The notes beneath the pieces were generated by a model that was not told the DNA's origin, ran no database searches, and was given only the letters and a program-made list of their open reading frames with translations. This document shows, in pieces, positions 48,162 to 57,714 of a DNA stretch of 64,000 bases. A program made the translations under genes and the position numbers. The stretch is taken from the NCBI GenBank assembly GCA_963775425.1, contig CAVZJB010000010.1:31361-95360 (forward strand). The letters are read 5' to 3'. Position 1 is the first letter of the stretch; every line of letters starts with the position of its first letter. This stretch comes from an uncultured delta proteobacterium (lineage in GTDB: Bacteria; Myxococcota; UBA727; VGSZ01).

Positions 48162-49644
48162 ATGGCCCACCCGCTGCTGTACGAAGTGAACACCCGCCAG
48201 TGGCTCTCCGAGCTGAGCCGCCGACATGGGCGCGACATCGACCTGTACGCCGTCCCCGAGGACGAGCTCGACGCGCTCGAGCAGAAGGGCTTCACGCACC
48301 TGTGGATGATGGGCGTGTGGCCCACGGGCCCGCGCTCGCGCAACGAAGCGCTCCACCACCCCGACCTCAGGAAGGCCTACGACGAGGCGCTCCCCGGCTG
48401 GACCGACGAGGACGTGCTCGGCTCGCCCTACGCCGTGGGCGCCATGCACGTCTCGCCGCTCCTCGGCGGCGACGCGGGCCTGCAGGCGCTGCGCCGGCGC
48501 CTCGACGAGCGCGGCATCAAGCTCATCCTCGACTTCGTGCCGAACCACCTCGGCCTCGACCACGCGTGGGTGATCTCGCGGCCGAACCTCTTCGTCGGTG
48601 CGCCGCAGCAATTCCCCGACTCCTTCGCGCTCAAGCTCCCCACGGGCACGCGCTTCGTCGCCTACGGAAAAGATCCGTACTTCCCCGGTTGGACCGACAC
48701 CGTCCAGCTCGACTACCGGCGCGCCGACACGCGGCAGGCCATGCGCGACCAGCTCCGGAGCGTGGCCGACAAGTGCGACGGCGTCCGCTGCGACATGGCC
48801 ATGCTGGTGCTCGCCGACGTCTTCCAGAACACCTGGCGCCACGTCCCCGTCGACGTCGAGGCCGCGGCCGGCGAGTTCTGGCACGACGCCGTCTCCCTCG
48901 TGAAGAAGGACCACGCGTCTTTCACCTTCCTCGCCGAGGCCTACTGGGACCTCGAGGGGCGGCTTTGCAATCTCGGCTTCGACTACGCGTACGACAAGAG
49001 GCTCTACGACTTCGTCGTCCACGACCGGCCGTGAGGACATCCAGCCGCACCTGCTCGGCCTCGGCGCCGCCAACGCCCGGCGCGCGCACTTCCTCGAAAA
49101 CCACGACGAGCCGCGCATCGCCGCCACCATCGACCTCGACCAACACCGCGCCGCCGCCGTCCTCGTCCTCGGCCTGCCCGGCATGCGCTTCCTCCACGAA
49201 GGACAGCTCGAGGGCGCGCGCAAGTTCGCGCGCGTTCAGCTCGCGCGCCGCGCCGTGGAGCCGGTCGACGACGACATCCGCGCCATGTACGCGGCGCTCC
49301 TGCCCGCGTTCGCCGAGAGCTCCGTCGGCATCGGCGAAGGGCGCATCCTGGCCCCGCAGCGCGCCTGGGAGGACAACGCTACGGCGCAGAGCTTCACCGT
49401 CGTCGAGTGGCAGGAGCCCGGGCGCGACGACCGCTTCGACCTCGTCGTCGTCAACATGGCCGAGCACCGCTCCCAGTGCCGCGTGCCCCTCGCCGCCCGG
49501 GGGCTCGCCGGCGGCACGTGGCACCTCGTCGATCGCATCGGCTCCGAGAAGTGGGTGCGCGACGGCGACGACCTCGCGCAAAAGGGCCTGTTCCTCGACG
49601 TCGCCGGCCGCGGCGCGCAGCTCTTCTCGTTCCACCGCGCGTGA
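48162..49644 (+). pseudogene. GH13 alpha-amylase family gene split by a single extra base at ~49032 (real or sequencing error)
   Basis: LDFVPNH, DGVRCDMA and AEAYW in the first frame; EDIQPHL...FLENHDEPR resumes one base later and runs to 49644. Confidence 0.82.
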
Positions 49645-49688
49645 GCCGCGTCGAGGACGCGCGCCTTCGACCCGGGTAGACTCGCGGC

Positions 49689-50015
49689 GTGAAGGTCGGC
49701 GACGGCAAGCTTCTGCGACGCGCCGAGGCGTTCGGCGAGCTGGTGATCGACGACGGCGACGGCCGGCCGTCACCGCCCGAGGTGCGCGCGCGGCTCACCG
49801 CGGAGGCGCCCGTCCCGCCGGGCAGCGAGCGTGTCGGGAGGGCGCCGCCGCTCGCCGGCGTGAAGACCACGTCGGTGCTCGGGGCGCGGCTCGAGGCGCT
49901 CGGCGGGGACGGCGAGCGCCGAGCGAGGGCGCGCTCCGCCACGCCGGAGCCCGACCCGCGCGCCAACGCGCCTCTCACTGCAAGGTGCAGGCGCTCGGCT
50001 CCCCGACGCAAGTGA
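49689..50015 (+). CDS. Possible small hypothetical protein
   Basis: Fills the intergenic gap with plausible codon usage; no motif; overlaps the convergent gene. Confidence 0.25.
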   Translation: MKVGDGKLLRRAEAFGELVIDDGDGRPSPPEVRARLTAEAPVPPGSERVGRAPPLAGVKTTSVLGARLEALGGDGERRARARSATPEPDPRANAPLTARCRRSAPRRK

Positions 50016-52041
50016 AGCCCGCCTCGATGGCGCACGTGTCCGAGCAGCCGTCGCCCGCGCCGGTGCCGCCGTCGTCGCAGCCCTCGCCGGGGCGGATGAG
50101 CCCGTCGCCACAGACGGTCGAGCACGTCCCGCCGCCCGGCGGGCAGGCGAAGCCCGGCTCGACGTTGCACTGCGTATCGCAGCCGTCGCCGGCGCCGGCG
50201 TTGCCGTCGTCGCACGCCTCCGCGCCCTCGACGACGCCGTCGCCACAGTTGACGGCGGGGACGCAGTCGGGCTCGTCGACGAGGCCGTCGCAATCGTCGT
50301 CGACGCTGTTGCCGCACAGCTCCCCGGCGGGGTTGGGCGGACCGGGCGCGGCGTCGCACACCGAGTGCGTGCCGTCCGTCGCGCAGCTCAGGGTGCCGTC
50401 ACGCTGGCAGACGCCGAAGCCCGCACTGCAGGAGCCGCCGACGTCGCAGCACTCGTCGATGAGTGTGTCCCCGTCGTTGTCGATGCCGTCGCCGCAGATC
50501 TCCTGCGCCTGACAGGTGCCGCTCACGCAGTCGCTTCCGGTCCCGCAGAGGTTGCCGCAGGCGCCGCAGTTGTGCGGATCGCGCTGGAGGTCGAAGCACG
50601 CGGTGCCGCCGCAGTCGGTGAGCGCACCGCAGCCGCACGCGGTGCCGTCGCACACGCCGGTGCAGCAGTCCGACGTCACCGAGCAAGGCGCCTCGAGCGC
50701 GGCGCAGCTCGCGGTTCGGCAGATGTCACCGTCGCACACCTGGGAGCAGCAATCCGCGTCGCCGGCGCACGCGTCGCCGTCGGCGCCGCACGTGCCCGCG
50801 TCGACACAAAGGCCGGACCCGAAGTCGCACGCGAGGCCCGCGCAGCAAGCGGCCGGGTCGGCGGTGCAGGCGTCGCCCGACGACAAGCAGCTCGACTCGG
50901 CCTCACAGGTGCCGCCGGCGTTGCAGGTGAAGCCGCCGCAGCAGGGGTCGGCCTGGGTGCAGGACTCGCCGGCGTTTCCGCAGTCGCAGGCGTCGCCGAC
51001 GCCGTCGCTGTCGGCGTCGGCCTGGCCGGCGTTCGGCGCGTCGGGGCAGTTGTCGAGCGAGTGGGGGACGCCGTCGCCGTCCTCGTCGACGACGGCGCCG
51101 AGGTCGGGGACGGCGGCGTCGGAGCCGACCTCGTCGAGGCGGGCCTGCAGGGCGGCGGCGACCTGATCGACGTCGACGGCGGCCTCGGCGGCGTCGAGCT
51201 TGGCGACGATCTGTGGGTCGATGGCGCCGTCGTCGGCGAGATCGAGGGCGATGGTGTTGACGAGCTCCTGCAGCGACGCGTCCACCGGGTGGCCGTCGCC
51301 GACGCCGCCGGCGTCGATGACGGCGGCCTCGGCGATCACGGCGCTGAGCGCGAGCACGTAGGCGTCGGCGTCGGGGCCGACGAGCGCGTCGCTCGTTCCG
51401 GGGGCGTGCGGGGTGCCCACGCCGACGCCGAGGCCGGCGACCAGCTCGCTCTCCGCCTGCTCGGTGGCGGCGGCCAGGGAGCCGCCTTGCGCGTACAGGA
51501 CGCGCGCGCGCTCGGCCGACAGGTGCGTGACGAGGTTGACGTACGCCGCCTGGCTCTGCTCGTCGCTGACCTCGTAGAGCGCGCGCAGCGTGAGCGGCGC
51601 CAGCGAGAGGTCGCCGGTGATCTCGTTGTAGTAGAAGCCCTCGCCCTCGATGGAGACCACGCCGCGGTGCCGCAGCGACACGCTGAAGTCGCCCGCGTCG
51701 TCGACGGTGGAGGTCTCGAAGGTCTGGCCCGTGGGCGCGCCGCTCGCGTCGAGGGCGGAGACGGTGATGGACGAGCCGATCACGAAGGGCCCCTTGGCGA
51801 ACGCGCCCGCGACGTCGACGGCGCCGGGGACGTCGGCGGTCTTTTCGCAGACGCCGCCGACGCAGGTGAAGCCGTCGACGCACGCGTGGGTGTCGCTGCA
51901 GCGGAGCCCCTCGAGGCCGGGGGTCTCCGAAAAGACGCAGCCGCTCGGGGACGCGACGGCGAGGGCTGACACCACCATGCACGCAGCGGCGCTGAACCAG
52001 GGACGGCCGCGGCGCGGCGCGTCGAGCGTTGTCGAGGTCAC
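49975..52041 (-). CDS. Cys-rich putative lipoprotein (TSP3-like, MopE-like and myxococcal Cys-rich repeats)
   Basis: DNCPDAPNAGQAD, EICGDGIDNDGD and CGDGVVEGAEACDDGN; GTG start overlaps the upstream stop. Confidence 0.8.
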   Translation of the reverse strand: MTSTTLDAPRRGRPWFSAAACMVVSALAVASPSGCVFSETPGLEGLRCSDTHACVDGFTCVGGVCEKTADVPGAVDVAGAFAKGPFVIGSSITVSALDASGAPTGQTFETSTVDDAGDFSVSLRHRGVVSIEGEGFYYNEITGDLSLAPLTLRALYEVSDEQSQAAYVNLVTHLSAERARVLYAQGGSLAAATEQAESELVAGLGVGVGTPHAPGTSDALVGPDADAYVLALSAVIAEAAVIDAGGVGDGHPVDASLQELVNTIALDLADDGAIDPQIVAKLDAAEAAVDVDQVAAALQARLDEVGSDAAVPDLGAVVDEDGDGVPHSLDNCPDAPNAGQADADSDGVGDACDCGNAGESCTQADPCCGGFTCNAGGTCEAESSCLSSGDACTADPAACCAGLACDFGSGLCVDAGTCGADGDACAGDADCCSQVCDGDICRTASCAALEAPCSVTSDCCTGVCDGTACGCGALTDCGGTACFDLQRDPHNCGACGNLCGTGSDCVSGTCQAQEICGDGIDNDGDTLIDECCDVGGSCSAGFGVCQRDGTLSCATDGTHSVCDAAPGPPNPAGELCGNSVDDDCDGLVDEPDCVPAVNCGDGVVEGAEACDDGNAGAGDGCDTQCNVEPGFACPPGGGTCSTVCGDGLIRPGEGCDDGGTGAGDGCSDTCAIEAGFTCVGEPSACTLQ

Positions 52042-52973
52042 GGGCCCTCCACGAAGAAGGACGCCAAAGCGAGCGCGGCGCCGCCGGCGGCGAGGACCGC
52101 GCCCGCGCCGTAGAGCACGTTGGCGGTGAGCGCGCTTTCGTCGCGACGCGAGAGCGCCGCCACGCGATCGTCCTGGAACTTCGCCGCCAGCGCCGCCTGC
52201 TGCGCGCCTTGCGCCGTGACGCCGAAGTAGCCGCCGGTGGCCGCGGCCGCGCCGCCGACCACCGCGGCCGCGCCGCCGCCCGCGAGCATCCACAGGCTCG
52301 GCCCGCCGTCCTGCGGCGCCGGCGCAGCGGCGACCGTGGCGGGCGCCGGGGCGGGCAGCTCGAGGTCGAGCACCAGGACGCGCACGCGCGCCCCCGATGA
52401 CGGCGGCGACGACGACGGCGGCGATGGCGACGGCGGCGGCGGCGACGACGGCGACGGCGACGACGGCGACGGCGACGACGGCGACGGGGGCGCGGACGCG
52501 TCGGGTGCAGGGGCGCCGGCGGCCGGCGGCGGGGGGGCGCTCGCGGCGGCAGCGTCGGCGACGAGCGCGTCGACCTTGGCGTCGATGTGCGGGATCATGG
52601 CGTCTACGTCGGCGCCGAGGAGCACCACGCGCCCCGACGACGAGCCCTTGGCGGAGTCGAACAGGTTGAGGGTGAGCGCGAGCTGCGAGCCGAGCGGCGC
52701 GATCTGGCCGAACACCACGTAGCGCGCGCCCATGGCTCCGGCGAGCTCCGCCAGGCACGAGCCCGCCTCCGTGCAGCCGAGGGTGGCCTTGTCGGCCTCG
52801 AGCTCGACGACGCGCCGGAGGTCCGCGCTCGACACGACGTCGAACACCTTGTGGCGCGCCACGGACACGGTCACCAGCTCGCCGAGCGCGCGGGCCTCTG
52901 CCGGCCCCACGTGGGCGGGCCCCTGCGGCGACGCCGCGAGCGTCGAAGCCACGAGCACGATCGCGAGCACCAT
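52038..52973 (-). CDS. Exported/membrane protein with TolB-N/CsgG-like domain, Pro/Ser linker and C-terminal hydrophobic segments
   Basis: Signal peptide; LGCTEAGSCLAELAGAMGARYVVFG, similar to 32280-33494. Confidence 0.65.
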   Translation of the reverse strand: MVLAIVLVASTLAASPQGPAHVGPAEARALGELVTVSVARHKVFDVVSSADLRRVVELEADKATLGCTEAGSCLAELAGAMGARYVVFGQIAPLGSQLALTLNLFDSAKGSSSGRVVLLGADVDAMIPHIDAKVDALVADAAAASAPPPPAAGAPAPDASAPPSPSSPSPSSPSPSSPPPPSPSPPSSSPPSSGARVRVLVLDLELPAPAPATVAAAPAPQDGGPSLWMLAGGGAAAVVGGAAAATGGYFGVTAQGAQQAALAAKFQDDRVAALSRRDESALTANVLYGAGAVLAAGGAALALASFFVEGP

Positions 52974-53095
52974 GAGACCTCCCCGGGCGACAGTGTACCG
53001 CGGCCGGGCCGCGCGGGCGCCGCCCGCCGTGCGTTCGCCGTCACGCAGGGGCCGCGGCCTTGCGCGGCGAGCATGGAGGCGGCACCGTCTGCGGC

Positions 53096-54369
<1,274 letters not shown>

Positions 54370-54385
<16 letters not shown>

Positions 54386-54403
54386 GCTGTGGAGCGTGTG
54401 AGC
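54370..54403. repeat. Perfect 16-bp tandem duplication spanning the dehydrogenase stop codon
   Basis: GCTGTGGAGCGTGTGA x2 followed by GC. Confidence 0.85.
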
Positions 54404-54700
54404 GCGGGACACGGCACTGAGGCTCGTACGGGCCGACGCGGGGGTGGTCACCGGTGAACTGCAGCCCGATTGGTGTTCCGCCGGTCTCCGGAGCGCGGTA
54501 CGGCACCGAGGTTGTCGGCGACTGGGATGACGACGTGCGCGACGTGCGCGACGTGCGCGACAAGATGGGCGCGGGCGCAGCCCTTCAGCAAGACACGGCG
54601 CAAGCGCTACCCCAACTCGCGGAGGCCGCGTGACATGGGCCGATCGGCACCCATGCCCCAGGCCCTGAATGGTTACCGCCGCACCGTCACGCATCAGTTG

Positions 54701-55843
54701 TTACCGCCGTCGCTGTAAGGCGAGCTTTGCAAGGAGTTCACGCACGGGCTGAAGCAAGACATCTGTCACAGGCGACGCCACCGAGCACCGCTCGACGGAG
54801 GCTCTAAGGTACGTCCGACATGCTTCCGCCTCTACGCGGCCCTCAATGAGTTGCCGAACGAGCACGAGACATCCGCGCGCCTCAACAGCATCGGCGCTGT
54901 CAAAGTCGAGAGACGAGAGGAGCAATCGTCCCGCAAGTTCCGTGTTGCCGTCTGCAAGCGCAATTCGGCCGGCCAACTGCTCAACGAGGTGACGCGCGAA
55001 CGATCGCGAAGGTGCGTTCCTCCGAACGTCACCGACGATCTCCAAGGGCCGTTCCGCGTCGCCGGTTGATATCCAGAGCATCTCGGCTAGGTCCGCTTTG
55101 TACAGAGCAGGTTCTCGAGAGAGGCGCACCGCGCTCTCTCCTGCTTCGATCGCCTCTCCTACTAGGCCATCGCCATCACCGGCTCCGTCCGGGGTCGGCT
55201 CGTCCCAGCCGTCGCCGTTCATGCTGAGGACCCAGGCTATTGCTCCTACCTCCAGTGCGACCGTCGCCAGAGCCACGATGGCAGCACCGAATACCTCTGC
55301 GCATAGTGTGGGCCCCATCGCCCTGCATGCGTTGATAACCTGGGCTGCTGCGCCGCCGCCCGCCGCCTCGCCGCCAACGCTCGATTCACCGTACGCGTCG
55401 CCATAGCCGCTATGCACCTGGCCACGACGGCCAAACGCGCAACCGCTCCCGTCGCTGCCGCAATCCGGGCGGTCGGTGCTTTCGCCGTCGGTAGTGCAGG
55501 TGTCGAAGCTTCCCTCACAATCTTCCGTCGGTGGTGCGTCACGGTGCACACCAGGAACCTCTTCCTCGGTAAGCAGTGGGGTCATCATCAGCCCAGTCGA
55601 ATCGACGTAAGCGAGCGGACTCCCGCCTGCGTACCCATAGGCCTGCGCCCCGAAGTGCGCAGCGCCAGTCTCCATGAGCAGCCGCTCGGGTGCTGTGAAC
55701 TGTCCGAGCTCGGGGAAGGTTCGTTCAGACGCATCGTACCGTAGCGCGACGAGGTCGCCCGACGCGGGTCGGCGTCGTGCGACGTGAGCGCCTGAGGCGA
55801 GCTCTGCGGCCTCCACGAGTTCGAGGGTAGCGCCGTCAGCGGC
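54701..55843 (-). pseudogene. Orphan Rhs C-terminal cassette 2, apparently fused to a helical immunity-like segment
   Basis: PELGQFTAPE...AYGYAGGSPLAYVDSTGL Rhs-core end; AAAQVINACRAMGP hydrophobic block shared with the main Rhs; no convincing start. Confidence 0.7.
55693..55843 (-). repeat. 151-bp direct repeat heading orphan cassette 2 (partner 56923-57073)
   Basis: 145/151 identical by hand alignment, offset 1230 bp. Confidence 0.93.
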
Positions 55844-55862
55844 CGCGTAGTGGGCGTCAGAG

Positions 55863-56234
55863 CTACTCCGGCGGAAAAGACTTCGACGCTTTGTCCGCAA
55901 CGCGCGCTCTTCTTCGCTCGGCGTATTGTCGCTTCGCAGTCGCAGCTGCCCGGCGGTATCCACAAGCGACTGCATTGCGATAGTGGAGTCGCCATACATG
56001 TGGGAGTTCTGGCAACAGTTGAACGAGTTGGCGGGTCAACCTGTAGGCCACAAAGCTGGAACGCTCTGAACGTGCCAAGAACTCGATCGCGAAACCACGC
56101 TCCTTCCGGCTTCGCGCGCAGAACAAGGCGCGGCGCGCTGTCTCGCGGCAGACAGCGGCGTCGACGCCAGACGCCGCTTGCTGAATGGCGAGATCGAACA
56201 TCTTCTCAAACTTCGTATGTCGGACGTTTTTCAT
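55863..56234 (-). CDS. Putative immunity protein of orphan cassette 1 (helical, TPR-like)
   Basis: TAATG coupling to the toxin stop; ETARRAL.CARS, AYR.TR.LV and CGY...AATAKR.YAE shared with 57256-57705. Confidence 0.75.
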   Translation of the reverse strand: MKNVRHTKFEKMFDLAIQQAASGVDAAVCRETARRALFCARSRKERGFAIEFLARSERSSFVAYRLTRQLVQLLPELPHVWRLHYRNAVACGYRRAAATAKRQYAERRRARVADKASKSFPPE

Positions 56235-57073
56235 TATGCGCATTCTTCGATGCAGTACTCATCGGAAAATCCCATTGCCCTACACTCCGCCATGCACTGC
56301 GCCCAGATCCTCCACGCTGGTCCCGGGCCCGTCGGCTCGTCGCTGTTCGGCTCTGGCTCCTCCTCCGTCGTGGGATCTTCCCCCGGTGGAGGGGACTTTC
56401 CCGGTGGAGCGCCACTGTCGCTGCTAAGACTGCCCACCACGGCGAGCGCGAGCACCAACGGCAGTGTGGATACGATTGCCGCGATGGCAGACCCAAAGAC
56501 GGCTGCGCATGCAGGTCCGAGCGCTCTACATGCGGCGACGATCTGAGCCGCTGCGTCTTCATCCGCTACCCAATCCCCGTCGCCCCCTCCCACTACGTAG
56601 CCAGATAGCTGTGACGACCCATTGCCCTGCGGATACAGGCCGACAGAGCCGTAGGCAATGAGCATGACCTTTCTGTCCTCTTCCTGAGTGCTAGCGCCTG
56701 TCGTTCCGCCGTTCATGCATGCGTCTTGGTTTGTCGCGTGTGTGCAGTCTTTCGCGCTTTCTGCGTCCCACCCGCTTCCTGAGGGAGCCGGCGTCATCGT
56801 GACGACGTGATTGTCCATTCTCCCGTCTGGATCGATGTAGCCGAACGGCGCCCCAGCGGCGTAGCCGTAGGCCTGCGCGCCGAAGTGCTGGTACGCGGTC
56901 CCCATGGCGAGGGGGTCGGGTCCTGTGAACTGTCCGAGCTCGGGGAAGGTTCGTTCAGACGCGTCGTACCGTAGCGCGACGAGGTCGCCCGACGCGGGTT
57001 GGCGTCGTGCGACGTGAGCGCTTGAGGCGAGCTCCGGGGCCTCCACGAGGTCGAGGGTAGCGCCGTCAGCGGC
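56234..57073 (-). pseudogene. Orphan Rhs C-terminal toxin cassette 1
   Basis: PELGQFTGPDP...YIDPDGR, then a C-terminal domain homologous to the main Rhs with a different tip; only a weak TTG start at 57091. Confidence 0.82.
56923..57073 (-). repeat. 151-bp direct repeat heading orphan cassette 1 (partner 55693-55843)
   Basis: 145/151 identical by hand alignment. Confidence 0.93.
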
Positions 57074-57255
57074 GCCGTGGGGATCGTGCAACAGCGGGGC
57101 GCAGGCTTCGCCGACGAGCGCGGGGCCGGCCTTCTGGCAGGCGCGCTCGGAGGCCGTGCGGTGAGCGCGAGCCCGCGCGCACAGCGCGGACCCGGCGAGG
57201 CAGACTCGAGCGGCGTGCGGCGCGGCGCGGGCCGTGCTTGTCGACGTGAGCGACG

Positions 57256-57705
57256 TCAGCGCGAATGGCCCTCTCGACCCGAGAAGAGAACTGCCTGACG
57301 GATGCGAGACATCTCCGCAAAATTATGAACACCGATTCGTTTACCGATTCGCATTAAATCGTCTCGGCTCATGGCCTCCCAGGCCTTCATTGCTTCGGCA
57401 TAGCGCCGTTTTGCTGTCGCGGCCACAGCAGTGTATCCACAGTCTCTCGCCTTGCGAAAATGTAGAGCCCAAACGTCCGGCCATTCCGGTCGCAACGCCA
57501 CTAACTCTCGCGTAACGCGGTAGGCAGCAAAATTGGACGGTTCGATGCGCGCCAACAGCGCGAGAGCGCTGAACCGATCTTTCTTGCTCCGTGCACAATC
57601 AAGCGCTCGCCGTGCTGTTTCAAGCGCTAGGTCAGAATACCCCCCCGCCCCCTGGTATATGGCAAGGCGATATAGCATGTTCGAAGATGTTGTTCGTTCT
57701 ACCAT
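57256..57705 (-). CDS. Putative immunity protein of the main Rhs toxin (helical, TPR-like)
   Basis: Starts 9 bp after the Rhs stop; lower GC; paralog of 55863-56234. Confidence 0.75.
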   Translation of the reverse strand: MVERTTSSNMLYRLAIYQGAGGYSDLALETARRALDCARSKKDRFSALALLARIEPSNFAAYRVTRELVALRPEWPDVWALHFRKARDCGYTAVAATAKRRYAEAMKAWEAMSRDDLMRIGKRIGVHNFAEMSRIRQAVLFSGREGHSR

Positions 57706-57714
57706 GGACTTCAG

